Source: Vicinamibacterales bacterium
GTDB lineage: Bacteria; Acidobacteriota; Vicinamibacteria; Vicinamibacterales; UBA2999
Assembly: GCA_050183355.1 (NCBI GenBank)
Contig: JBFXBH010000003.1
Span: 15,131-79,130 of the forward strand
Length of the DNA: 64,000 bases
Direction of reading: 5' to 3'
The translations under genes and the position numbers were made by a program. Position 1 is the stretch's first letter; the number at the start of each line of letters is the position of its first letter. Shown one piece after another: positions 16,983-25,986 of the stretch. Under the pieces are notes generated by a model. The model was not told the DNA's origin, did not search any database, and saw only the letters and a list, made by a program, of their open reading frames with translations.

Positions 16983-17014
16983 CTGAACAGGGACGGTGGA
17001 GACCTGGATGCATT

Positions 17015-18292
17015 CTACGCAGGCGGCGGACCGGACGACGCGCCTCCGGGCCGGGCGTTGGTGATCAGGCGGACGCTCCGCTGCCGGGTCACGTAGGCCA
17101 CGGCCCACTGCATGAACACCGACGCCCGGTTGCGGAAGCCGATGAGCTGCGCGATGTGGAGGAACAGCCACCCCATCCATGCAATGAAGCCCGTCAGCCG
17201 GAGCCACCCGAAGTCCGCCACGGCGCTGCCCCGGCCCACGATCGCCATGCTGCCGTAGTTGCGATACCGGAACGTCGTCGTCGGCTTGCCGGCCATGCGA
17301 CGGCGGATGCTGCGGGCCGCGTGCACGGCACCCTGCATCGCGACCTGCGCCACACCGGGCAGCGGCCTGCCGTCCTGCTGGAACGACGCGGCATCGCCGA
17401 CGACGAACACCTCGGGGTGCCCGGGCACGGACAGGTCCGGACCGACGATCACGCGGCCCGCACGGTCGACGGGCGCACCGATCGTGGCCACCAGGGGCGC
17501 AGCGGCCACACCGGCCGCCCAGACGACCGTGCCGGCGCGCAGGAAGTGGTCCCCGATCTGCACGCCATCAGGGCTGATCGCGGAGACCGGCGTGTTCTCC
17601 ACGACCTCCACGCCGAGGCGCAGCAGCGAGTCGCGCGCGACCTGCCGCAGGTGCTCGGGGAAGGCGGCCAGAATCGTCGGCCCGGCATCCACGAGCACGA
17701 TGCGCGTGCGCGACGTGACGATGTTCCGGAACTCCTCCCGGATCGAGCGGCGCGCCATCTCGGCCAGCGTGCCGGCCAGTTCCACCCCCGTCGGCCCGGC
17801 GCCCACGATGACGAACGTGAGCAGGCGGTCCCGGGCGTCGTGGTCGGCCTCGAGTTCCGCCCGCTCGAACGCCGTGAGCAGCCGTCGGCGGATGGCGAGC
17901 GCGTCGTCGAGGGACTTCAGGCCCGGTGCAATCGGCGCCCACTCGTCGTGGCCGAAGTAGGCGTGGCTCGCGCCCGGTGCGACGATCGCGTAGTCGTAGG
18001 GGACGGTGCCGCCGTCGGCGAGCACGATCTGGCGCCCGGCCGCGTCGATGCGGATGACCTCCGCCATCAGCACGCGGATATTGCGGTGCTCGCGCAGAAT
18101 CCAGCGGATGGGGGCGGCGATGTCCCCAGGTGAGAGCAACGCCGTGGCCACCTGATACAGCAGCGGCTGGAAGACGTGGTGATTGCGACGGTCGACGAGG
18201 GTCACCTCGAGAGGTGCCCCACCGAGCGCACGCGCCGCCGAGAGCCCCCCGAAGCCCCCACCGACGATGACGACCCTGGGAACGTTGGGCAT
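17015..18292 (-). CDS. ndh: type II NADH:quinone oxidoreductase (NDH-2)
   Basis: Trimmed to MPNVPRVVIVGGGFGGLSAA...HHVFQPLLYQVAT, with a second GxGxxG (VIVGAGPTGVELAG). Confidence 0.85.
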   Translation of the reverse strand: MPNVPRVVIVGGGFGGLSAARALGGAPLEVTLVDRRNHHVFQPLLYQVATALLSPGDIAAPIRWILREHRNIRVLMAEVIRIDAAGRQIVLADGGTVPYDYAIVAPGASHAYFGHDEWAPIAPGLKSLDDALAIRRRLLTAFERAELEADHDARDRLLTFVIVGAGPTGVELAGTLAEMARRSIREEFRNIVTSRTRIVLVDAGPTILAAFPEHLRQVARDSLLRLGVEVVENTPVSAISPDGVQIGDHFLRAGTVVWAAGVAAAPLVATIGAPVDRAGRVIVGPDLSVPGHPEVFVVGDAASFQQDGRPLPGVAQVAMQGAVHAARSIRRRMAGKPTTTFRYRNYGSMAIVGRGSAVADFGWLRLTGFIAWMGWLFLHIAQLIGFRNRASVFMQWAVAYVTRQRSVRLITNARPGGASSGPPPA

Positions 18293-18357
18293 CCAGCTCT
18301 CAGGGTACTCCGGCCAGGGCCGATCGCGGTCTTTGGTACACTCGCCGTCCAGCCGCC

Positions 18358-20361
18358 ATGTCACTGACCGTCGTGAACTCCGCCTGCCCGCTGGACTGCC
18401 CGGACGGGTGCAGCCTGTCCGTCACCGTGGAGAACGGCAAGGTCACCGTCATCGACGGCTCCCACGCCAATCCCACGACGGGCGGTTTCATCTGCAACAA
18501 GGTGCGCCGCTTCGGGGAGCGGGTCTACGGCCCGGACCGCGTGCTCTATCCGCGCGTCCGGAAGGGGCCGAAGGGGCTCGGGCTCTTCGAGCGCGTGTCC
18601 TGGGACGAGGCCCTGGCCCGCGTGGCCGAGGGGCTGGCCTCGGCGCGCGACACATGGGGCGGCGAAGCGATCCTGCCCGTCTCCTACGGCGGCTCGAACG
18701 GCCTGCTGACGCAGGACACGAGCGACGCGGCGCTCTTCGCGCGGCTCGGGGCCTCGCGTCTCGCGCGCACGCTGTGCGCCGCGCCGACGGGCGCGGCCAA
18801 CATGGCGATGTACGGCAAGATGCCGTCGGTCGTCTATCAGGATGTCCCCGAGGCGCGGTTCATCATCCTGTGGGGCCTCAATCCGTCCGCCTCTGGGATC
18901 CACCTCGTCCCCTACGTGCGGGACGCGCAGAAGAAGGGCGCGACGCTGGTGGTCGTCGACCCGCGCGTCACCCCGCTGGCGAAACAGGCGGACATCCACC
19001 TCGCCGTGCGCCCCGGCACGGATCTGCCCGTGGCGCTCGCGCTGCACCGGTATCTGTTCGACGAGGGGCACGCGGACCAAGCGTTCCTCGCGGAGCACGC
19101 CGTCGGCGCCGACCGGCTGCGGGCCAGAGCTGCTGAGTGGACGTTCGAGAAGGCGGCGGCGGAAGCCGGCATCTCCGCTGACGACCTGCGCCGCGTCGCG
19201 GAGGGCTATGCGGCGGCCTCCCCCGCGCTCGTCCGCTGCGGCTGGGGTCAGGAGCGCAACCGCAACGGCGGCAACGCCACGCTCGCGATCCTCGCGCTGC
19301 CGGCCGTCGCCGGCAAGTTCGGCGTCCGCGGCGGCGGCTACTCGATGAGCAACTCCGCCTCATGGGGTTTCACGCGCACGTGGATGGAGAACGCGCCGGC
19401 CTCGAGCCGGCTGGTCAACCTGAGCCGCCTCGGCCACGCGCTCACCGAGCTGAACGATCCTCCGGTGAAGGCGCTGTTCGTCTACAACTGCAACCCGGCC
19501 GTCACCGTGCCGGACCAGGCGCGGATGCTGCGCGGCCTCGAGCGTGAGGACCTCTTCACCGTGGTCTTCGAACAGGTGATGACGGACACGGCGCAATACG
19601 CGGACGTCATCCTGCCGAACACCACGTTCCTCGAGCACTACGACATCGCCCGGGCGTACGGCCCGCTGTCCATGGTGCTGGCGCGCCCGGCCATCGAGCC
19701 CCGGGGCGAGTCGCGCTCGAACGCCGAGGTGTTCGGTGAGCTGATCGACCGTCTCGGCCTCGGCCGCGAGGGCGACGCCCGCGGCGAACTCGAAGAGATG
19801 GTGCAGGTGATGGGCGCCATCCCCGGCCAGGCTGGCGAGGGGCTCCGGGATCACGGCGTGGCCGAGCCGCCATTCGGGGGGCGCCCCATTCAGTTCGTGG
19901 ACGTCTTCCCGCGCACGGCCGACCAGAAGGTCCACCTGTGGCCCGACGGGCTGGACGCACAGGCGCCGGCAGGCCTGTACGGTTACCAGGCCGACCCGAC
20001 GACGGCCGCCTATCCGCTCGCGCTGATCTCCCCCGCCAGCGACCGGACGATCAGTTCCACGCTGGGTGAGCTGCCGCGGCCCGAGAGCATGCTGGAGATC
20101 AACCCGGCGGACGCCGAGCCCCGCGGCATCACCGACGGCGCGGCCGTGCGCCTGTTCAACACGCTCGGCGAGGTCCGCTGCAAGGCGCGCGTGGCCGCGT
20201 GGGTCCGGCCCGGGATCGTGTCCCTGCCAAAGGGCCTGTGGTTCCGGCACACCGCCAACGGCCGCACGAGCAACGTGCTCATCCCCGACACGCTCTCGGA
20301 CCTCGGCGGCGGCGCCTGCTACAACGACGCCCGCGTACAGGTCGAAGCCATCCCGCAGTAA
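18358..20361 (+). CDS. molybdopterin-dependent oxidoreductase (DMSO-reductase superfamily, soluble, N-terminal 4Fe-4S)
   Basis: 667 aa. N-terminal CPLDCPDGCSL...C cluster motif, molybdopterin-binding regions, and a C-terminal beta-barrel domain (INPADAEPRGI..G..V). Confidence 0.85.
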   Translation: MSLTVVNSACPLDCPDGCSLSVTVENGKVTVIDGSHANPTTGGFICNKVRRFGERVYGPDRVLYPRVRKGPKGLGLFERVSWDEALARVAEGLASARDTWGGEAILPVSYGGSNGLLTQDTSDAALFARLGASRLARTLCAAPTGAANMAMYGKMPSVVYQDVPEARFIILWGLNPSASGIHLVPYVRDAQKKGATLVVVDPRVTPLAKQADIHLAVRPGTDLPVALALHRYLFDEGHADQAFLAEHAVGADRLRARAAEWTFEKAAAEAGISADDLRRVAEGYAAASPALVRCGWGQERNRNGGNATLAILALPAVAGKFGVRGGGYSMSNSASWGFTRTWMENAPASSRLVNLSRLGHALTELNDPPVKALFVYNCNPAVTVPDQARMLRGLEREDLFTVVFEQVMTDTAQYADVILPNTTFLEHYDIARAYGPLSMVLARPAIEPRGESRSNAEVFGELIDRLGLGREGDARGELEEMVQVMGAIPGQAGEGLRDHGVAEPPFGGRPIQFVDVFPRTADQKVHLWPDGLDAQAPAGLYGYQADPTTAAYPLALISPASDRTISSTLGELPRPESMLEINPADAEPRGITDGAAVRLFNTLGEVRCKARVAAWVRPGIVSLPKGLWFRHTANGRTSNVLIPDTLSDLGGGACYNDARVQVEAIPQ

Positions 20362-20396
20362 GTCGCAAGGCGCGCTTCCCACGACGGGCGTCGCAC

Positions 20397-20507
20397 GGCC
20401 GGGGTTCACAGTTCGTGGGCTCACTGGGCGCCCTGCACCCCGGCTTGTTTACAAGCATTCGCCCTCGAACTGCGAATCCCCGACCGCACGCCACCCGCTG
20501 AGGGAAG
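20397..20507 (-). repeat. hairpin repeat element, copy 1 (inverted relative to copy 2)
   Basis: It contains the reverse complements of the conserved cores TCGAGGGCGAATGCTTGT and GAGCCCACGA, flanked by self-complementary arms (20397-20415 / 20466-20485). Confidence 0.75.
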
Positions 20508-20510
20508 CCT

Positions 20511-20556
20511 GTCTCGACGAGCAGGCACGCGCGTCCCCGCGGGCGGACGTCGAGAC
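20511..20556. repeat. independent stem-loop between repeat copies 1 and 2
   Basis: GTCTCGACG (20511-20519) and CGTCGAGAC (20548-20556), a 9-bp perfect inverted repeat with a 28-nt loop that contains CCCGCGGG. Confidence 0.6.
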
Positions 20557-20595
20557 CGTTCGGATGACGACGCAGCAGCCTCACGGCGACACGCC

Positions 20596-20707
20596 ACTTC
20601 CTCGGCGGTGGCGTGTGGCCGGGGATTCGCTGTTCGAGGGCGAATGCTTGTGGTCAAGCCGAGGGAACCGTGGCGCCCAGTGAGCCCACGAACAGCGAAC
20701 CCCGGCC
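20596..20707 (+). repeat. hairpin repeat element, copy 2
   Basis: Arms GGCCGGGGATTCGCTGTTCG (20617-20636) and CGAACAGCGAACCCCGGCC (20689-20707). Cores ...TCGAGGGCGAATGCTTGT... and ...GAGCCCACGA.... About 85% identical to the reverse complement of copy 1. Confidence 0.75.
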
Positions 20708-20859
20708 GCGCGACGCCGGCTCCGGGGAGTGACCTGTCGCGTCCGGCTGCCCGCGCGACGCCGTCATGGGAGGGTCCAGTGTCGCGTCACCGCCGTACAT
20801 GACAAACGGGCGCCGCACCGGAGTGCGACGCCCGTTCGATGTTGCCGCGGAGGCCCGGC

Positions 20860-22539
20860 TTACTGGACCTTCACCACCAGCGCGGCCCGGCGGTTGATCG
20901 CCCGGCCCGCGGCCGTGCTGTTGTCCGCCTTCGGGCGCTCCTCGCCGTAGCTCACCGTCGAGAACCGCTCCGCGCTGACGCCGCGGCTGACCAGGTAGTC
21001 GCGGGCCGCGTTGGCCCGGCGCTCGCCGAGCGCGAGGTTGTACTCGGCCGTGCCGATGCTGTCGCAGTGTCCTTCGATCGTCAGGCGGAGTTCCGGGTTC
21101 TCACCCAGCGTCTTCACCGCGTCGTCGAGGATCTGCACGGCTTCCGGCTTCAGGTTGTACTTGTCGAAGTCGAAGTGCACGTCTTCGAACGTGTACGTCT
21201 TGACCGGCGGCTTGATCACCTGCAGCGTCACCGTGCTCGTCGCCGTGCCACCGCGCGGATCCGTGGCGACGACCGTCGCCGGCACGTTGCCTTCCTGCAT
21301 CGGCGCGGTCCAGACCGGGTTGGTCACCGTCGCGTTGTTGAACGTGCCCGTCGGCGCGGACCACTTGTAGGTCAGCGTCTCGCCGTCCGGGTCGCTGCCC
21401 GTCACGTTGAGCTGCGACGTGGTGCCGATCGGCAGGATGCACGGGTCACACTTGATCGCGCCCAGCACCGGATTCTTGTTCGCCGGCGGAGGCGGCGGGG
21501 GCGGCGGCGGAGCCGGAGCCGGCGGCGGGGGCGGCGGAGGCGGCGGGGGCGGCACGTAGACGGCCACGCCCGGGTGGAAGCCCACGCGGACGTCCCAGCC
21601 GAACCCGTTGCGCTCGATAGTGGTGCCGGCGACGTTGCGCGTGCCCGTGCGGCGGCTGTAGCTCAGGCCGCCGTGCACGAAGAAGCCGCGCTTGTCCTGC
21701 CACACCGGGCCGACGCGCAGCTGCAGCGGGTCGTGCGCGCGGCTGTCGGCGAACAGGATGCTGCCGTCCGAGCCACGATGCAGCCCCGTCACCGTCGTCG
21801 CATCGCTCATGCGCAGCTCGCCGTCCGCTTCGGCCAGCAGCCGGAGCGGCGTCCGCGTCGGCAGCGCCAGGCCGAGGCCCCAGCGGGCGCCGTTGGCCAC
21901 GTCGAACAGGTCCGGATCCTTGCGCATGATGGCGCCGACGTACCCGGTCAGCTCCACCCGCTTCGACAATTCGCGGCTGGCGATGAAGTCAATCTGACCC
22001 GTGAGGGCGTTGGTGCCGGCCTGCGGCGGCCCTGTGGGCGCCGAGAGCGAGCCACGCAGCGCCAGGCTGACGGCATCGTTCCGGCCCTGCGAGAGCAGGT
22101 TGACCTTCGCGCCGACGATCAGGGGGCGCAGCAGCGTCTCGGACCACCCGTCGTTCACGTAGGGATAGTCGACGTCGGCCCCGCCGTAGCTGGTATTGCC
22201 GGCGTTGAAGAGCGGGTTCCGCACGGCCCGACGCAGGCGGACGCTGCTCACCGAGGCGAAGAGTTCGAGGCGGCTCGTCGCGCCGTACCCGAACGTGAAG
22301 CCCTGATCGGACACGTCAAGGAGCCCCTGGGGCCGATCGAAGTTCGCGCGAAAACCGCTGGCCGAGATCTTCTTCGCGGGCAGCGTTTCGGCCGTCGGCA
22401 CGAACCACAGGCCCGTGTCGCCGAAGAATGTGGGGAGTGCAGGACGAGTCTCCGCCTCGCTCTGCGCCAGCGCCGGCGCGGCCGCGAGCACGGACATCAA
22501 CAGTGCACAACTCAGTTTACGCACGTTCACCACCCTCAT
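20860..22539 (-). CDS. OmpA-family outer-membrane protein: N-terminal barrel-like region, poly-Pro linker, Ig/PKD-like domain and OmpA_C peptidoglycan-binding domain
   Basis: Trimmed to MRVVNVRKLSCALLMSVLAAAPALAQ. The C-terminus reads FDFDKYNLKPEA...LTIEGHCDSIGTAEYNLALGERRANAARDYL. A linker of roughly 22 residues that is almost entirely Pro. Confidence 0.85.
   Translation of the reverse strand: MRVVNVRKLSCALLMSVLAAAPALAQSEAETRPALPTFFGDTGLWFVPTAETLPAKKISASGFRANFDRPQGLLDVSDQGFTFGYGATSRLELFASVSSVRLRRAVRNPLFNAGNTSYGGADVDYPYVNDGWSETLLRPLIVGAKVNLLSQGRNDAVSLALRGSLSAPTGPPQAGTNALTGQIDFIASRELSKRVELTGYVGAIMRKDPDLFDVANGARWGLGLALPTRTPLRLLAEADGELRMSDATTVTGLHRGSDGSILFADSRAHDPLQLRVGPVWQDKRGFFVHGGLSYSRRTGTRNVAGTTIERNGFGWDVRVGFHPGVAVYVPPPPPPPPPPPAPAPPPPPPPPPANKNPVLGAIKCDPCILPIGTTSQLNVTGSDPDGETLTYKWSAPTGTFNNATVTNPVWTAPMQEGNVPATVVATDPRGGTATSTVTLQVIKPPVKTYTFEDVHFDFDKYNLKPEAVQILDDAVKTLGENPELRLTIEGHCDSIGTAEYNLALGERRANAARDYLVSRGVSAERFSTVSYGEERPKADNSTAAGRAINRRAALVVKVQ
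21480..21553 (-). repeat. GGC/GGN low-complexity tract encoding the poly-proline linker of the OmpA-like protein (approximate bounds)
   Basis: A run of ggcgg/gggcgg units, translated on the minus strand as PPPPPPPPPPPAPAPPPPPPPPPA. Confidence 0.7.
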
Positions 22540-22685
22540 GTTCTCCCGTCGAATCCTGCTTGCTATAGTGCGTGGCTCTCCTGTCGGGAACAGGCAGCTC
22601 AGCAAGCATTCTGCCAGCTTTTCCAAGGCATGTCAGCCCGAGCCGACCGAAGAATCGCCCTTGCATGCGTGGTACCATCCGTCGC

Positions 22686-22967
22686 ATGGCTGAACCGCGC
22701 ATGGTGATGTGCGTCAAATTGAAACAGCTCCTGCCCGGACTGGAGAGCGCGCCGTGGCCCGGCCCGCTCGGTGAACGGATTCGCAACGAGGTCTCCCAGG
22801 AAGCCTGGAAGCAGTGGGAGAACCGCCAGAAGATGATCCTGAACGAGTACCGGCTGCTCCCGTGGCAGAAGGAAGCCCAGGAACTTATTGCACGCCAGAT
22901 GGAGGAATTTCTCTTCGGCGACGGCGCCGGCACGCTGCCTCCGGATTACAAACCCGAACAGGCCTGA
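22686..22967 (+). CDS. yggX: Fe(2+)-trafficking / oxidative-damage protection protein YggX family
   Basis: The C-terminal part of track ORF 22572..22967. MAEPRMVMCVKLKQLLPGLESAPWPGPLGERIRNEVSQEAWKQWENRQKMILNEYRL... aligns with E. coli YggX. The start is uncertain (22665, 22686 or 22701). Confidence 0.8.
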   Translation: MAEPRMVMCVKLKQLLPGLESAPWPGPLGERIRNEVSQEAWKQWENRQKMILNEYRLLPWQKEAQELIARQMEEFLFGDGAGTLPPDYKPEQA

Positions 22968-22977
22968 CGGATCCGGC

Positions 22978-24462
22978 ATGGCCGCCCGCCCCCACGACAC
23001 GGCGTTCTTCGGCCATCCGCGCGGGCTCTCCACCCTCTTCTTCACGGAGATGTGGGAGCGCTTCAGCTTCTATGGCCTGCGCGCGCTCCTGATTCTCTTC
23101 ATGACGGCCGACCCGGCCACCGGCGGCCTGGGCTTCGACGCCGTCACGGCGGGCGCCGTCTACGGGCTCTACACGTCGATGGTCTACATGGCCACGCTGC
23201 CGGGCGGCTGGATCGCGGACCAGATTCTCGGGCCGCAGCGGGCTGTCCTCGTCGGCGGCGTGCTGATCGCGGCCGGGCACTTCAGCATGGCGCTGCCGTC
23301 ACTCGCGACGTTCTACGTGGGCCTGACGCTCATCGTGATCGGCACGGGGCTGCTCAAGGGCAACGTCAGCGTCATCGTGGGGCGGCTCTACACCCCGAGC
23401 GACGACCGCCGTGACGCCGGATACTCCCTGTTCTACATGGGCATCAACACGGGCGCGTTCATCGCCCCGTTCATCTGCGGCTACCTCGGCCAGCGCGTGA
23501 ACTGGCACGTCGGGTTCGCGGCGGCCGGCGTCGGCATGCTGCTCGGCCTCGCGCAGTTCCTGATGGGCCGGAAGTATCTCGGCGACGCGGGCCTGCACCC
23601 GTCGGATCCGGGCTCGCCCGCCGCGCTCACCGCGCAGCAGCGGCGGGGCGCGCGCTGGGTGGCCGGGGCCGCCGTGGCGCTGGTGGCCACGGGCGTCGGC
23701 ATGCAGACAGGGCTGCTGCCGTTTGACGTCAAGGACATCGCGGATGCGGCGGGCGTGCTGCTGCTCGCGCTCTCGATCGGGTTCTTCGCGTGGGTGTTCC
23801 TGTCCGGCGGCTGGACGCGCGTCGAGCGCAACCACCTGGTCGTGATCGGCGTGCTGTTCCTCGGCTACGCGACGTTCTCCGCCGCGTTCGAGCAGGCCGG
23901 GTCGACGCTGAACCTCTTCGCGGACCGCAACACCCGGAATGAAGTCTTCGGGTATGCGTTCCCGTCGAGCTGGTTCCAGTCCGTCAACCCGCTCGTCGTG
24001 ATCGCCTTCGCGCCGGTGTTTGCCTGGCTGTGGGTCCGGTTGGCGCGCCGCAACGCGGAGCCGGGCGCCCCGTTCAAGTTCGGCCTTGCGCTGATCGGGG
24101 TCGGCGCCGGGTTCGCACTGCTGGTGCCGGCGGCGGGCATGTCCGGCAACGGCACGCTGGTCGGCCCCGGGTGGCTGGTGGCCACCTACGTGCTGCACAC
24201 GTGGGCGGAACTGGCGCTGAGCCCGGTCGGCCTGAGCGCCATGAGCAAGCTGGCGCCGGCGCGCATCGGCGGCCTCGTGATGGGCGTCTGGTTCCTCGGG
24301 ACGTCGAACGGCAACTACATCGGCGGACGTCTGTCCGGCTTCTACGAGTCGATGCCGCTCCCGACGCTCTTCGGATCGGTCGCGGCGTTCGCCATCGTCG
24401 CCGGGCTGCTCTTCCTGGCCTTCTCGGGCAAGCTCAATACGCTCAGCCGCGACACGGCCTGA
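22978..24462 (+). CDS. POT/PTR2-family proton-dependent oligopeptide transporter
   Basis: Trimmed to MAARPHDTAFFGHPRGLSTLFFTEMWERFSFYGLRALLILFM (PTR2 signature). Multi-TM protein. Confidence 0.85.
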   Translation: MAARPHDTAFFGHPRGLSTLFFTEMWERFSFYGLRALLILFMTADPATGGLGFDAVTAGAVYGLYTSMVYMATLPGGWIADQILGPQRAVLVGGVLIAAGHFSMALPSLATFYVGLTLIVIGTGLLKGNVSVIVGRLYTPSDDRRDAGYSLFYMGINTGAFIAPFICGYLGQRVNWHVGFAAAGVGMLLGLAQFLMGRKYLGDAGLHPSDPGSPAALTAQQRRGARWVAGAAVALVATGVGMQTGLLPFDVKDIADAAGVLLLALSIGFFAWVFLSGGWTRVERNHLVVIGVLFLGYATFSAAFEQAGSTLNLFADRNTRNEVFGYAFPSSWFQSVNPLVVIAFAPVFAWLWVRLARRNAEPGAPFKFGLALIGVGAGFALLVPAAGMSGNGTLVGPGWLVATYVLHTWAELALSPVGLSAMSKLAPARIGGLVMGVWFLGTSNGNYIGGRLSGFYESMPLPTLFGSVAAFAIVAGLLFLAFSGKLNTLSRDTA

Positions 24463-24478
24463 TCGCCTCGGGTCCTCG

Positions 24479-25234
24479 ATGCCGCTCGACCGTTACCGCG
24501 CGAAGCGGAACTTCTCGGAATCGCCCGAGCCCGCCGGCGACGCCGTCCACGCCTCACCTACCGGCCGCACGCCCCGCTTCTTCTGCGTGCAGAAGCACCT
24601 GGCGAGCCACCTGCACTACGACTTCCGGCTCGAACATGGCGGCGTGCTGCTGTCGTGGGCCGTGCCGAAGGGGCCGTCGCTGGACCCGGGCACGAAGCGC
24701 CTCGCGATGCACGTCGAGGACCACCCGATCGAGTACGGCCAGTTCGAGGGCGTGATTCCCTCCGGCTACGGCGCCGGGATCGTCATGCTGTGGGACACGG
24801 GCACGTGGACGCCCGAGGTGGACGACGTGGACGCCGCGCTGGCGAAGGGCGACCTGAAGCTCCGGCTCGATGGCTACAAGCTGAAGGGCTCATGGGCGCT
24901 CGTCCGGACGAAGGGCGGCTTTGGAGGGAAGGAAGGCTGGCTGCTCATCAAGCATCGCGACGAGTGGTCGTCACCGGAACTCGACATCCTGGAGTTCGCC
25001 CCGCTCAGCGTGAAGAGCGAGGGCGATTTCGCCGACATCCTCGCGGCCGGCGACCCGGCCATCTGGATCTCCAGCAAGCCGGCCAGGACGGGCGACTCGG
25101 GGGCGCTCTACACCCGGATCGTCAAGCAGGCGATGGAAATGAAGGCCCGGGCATCCGGGGAACCAACGGCTGAGCCCGGAACGGCCGCCACCGCCCCGCG
25201 GCCAAAGACGGCGCGCAAGTCGCGCGGCCGCTAG
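24479..25234 (+). CDS. stand-alone LigD-type 3'-phosphoesterase (PE) domain protein with a basic C-terminal tail
   Basis: 251 aa, RYRAKRNFSESPEP...FFCVQKHLASHLHYDFRLEHGGVLLSWAVPKGPSLDP..KRLAMHVEDHPIEY..FEG.IP.GYGAG. Confidence 0.8.
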   Translation: MPLDRYRAKRNFSESPEPAGDAVHASPTGRTPRFFCVQKHLASHLHYDFRLEHGGVLLSWAVPKGPSLDPGTKRLAMHVEDHPIEYGQFEGVIPSGYGAGIVMLWDTGTWTPEVDDVDAALAKGDLKLRLDGYKLKGSWALVRTKGGFGGKEGWLLIKHRDEWSSPELDILEFAPLSVKSEGDFADILAAGDPAIWISSKPARTGDSGALYTRIVKQAMEMKARASGEPTAEPGTAATAPRPKTARKSRGR

Positions 25235-25243
25235 AATTCCTGC

Positions 25244-25960
25244 ATGGCTTCTTCGCATCCGGCCGCCGCGGCGCTGGCCGACGACGCCCGCCGCATCTTC
25301 GGCACCCGGCTTCAGACGCTCGCCGTGTACGGACCGCACGCCCGCGGCAGGGCCACCGGCCCGCTGACCTGTCTCTGTCTGGTGACGTCGCTCTCGGGTG
25401 AGGATCTCGACGCCTGCGCCCGTGAGGTCACGCGGTGGCACGGCCTCGGAATCGCGACGCCGCTCATCGTGCCCGTCGCCGAGTTTCAGCGGTCGCTTGA
25501 CGCGTTCCCGCTCGAGTACGGCGAGATCATCGCGCACCACGACGTCGTTGCCGGCACCGACCTGCTGAGCGGCGTGCGCGTGGTTCCGGCGGACCTGCGC
25601 CGCGCGTGCGAGACCCAGGTCAAGAGCCACCTGCTGCACCTCCGCGAGCAGTATCTGGAGGCGCACGGGCAGCCGGCCGCCGTGACAGCCCTGCTCCACC
25701 AGGCGGCGCCGGCCTTTGCCACGCTGCTCGCGCATGTGGCGCGCCTGCAGGGTGCGACCGACTCGGATGGCGACGACGCCGTACTGGCCGGCGCCCGGCT
25801 GGCCGGCCTCGACGAGTCCACGACCTCGGCGGTGCTCGCGCTCGCGGACAGCGGCACCGCGGGCAGCGCGCTGACGTCCCCGGACGGCGCCCGGCTGTTC
25901 CGGGACTACCTGCACGCCGTCGAGCAGCTCGCCGCCGTCGTCGACGGGTGGCGGCATTGA
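25244..25960 (+). CDS. hypothetical protein, possibly nucleotidyltransferase-fold-like
   Basis: 238 aa with high GC3. The N-terminal LAVYGPHARG resembles the NTase GS/G motif, but I see no clear DxD. The family is not recognised with confidence. Confidence 0.4.
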   Translation: MASSHPAAAALADDARRIFGTRLQTLAVYGPHARGRATGPLTCLCLVTSLSGEDLDACAREVTRWHGLGIATPLIVPVAEFQRSLDAFPLEYGEIIAHHDVVAGTDLLSGVRVVPADLRRACETQVKSHLLHLREQYLEAHGQPAAVTALLHQAAPAFATLLAHVARLQGATDSDGDDAVLAGARLAGLDESTTSAVLALADSGTAGSALTSPDGARLFRDYLHAVEQLAAVVDGWRH

Positions 25961-25986
25961 GCACCGCCCGCGGGGCTCGGGCCGTG

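Noticed and set aside
20421-20802. Small ORFs crossing the palindromic repeat (20421..20657 minus, 20608..20802 plus, 20199..20501 and others), and 28830..29033 over copy 3.
   Set aside because: Mirror-image peptides (…RPRTANPRPHAT… on both strands) arise simply from translating an inverted repeat. They have no start context or protein-like composition.
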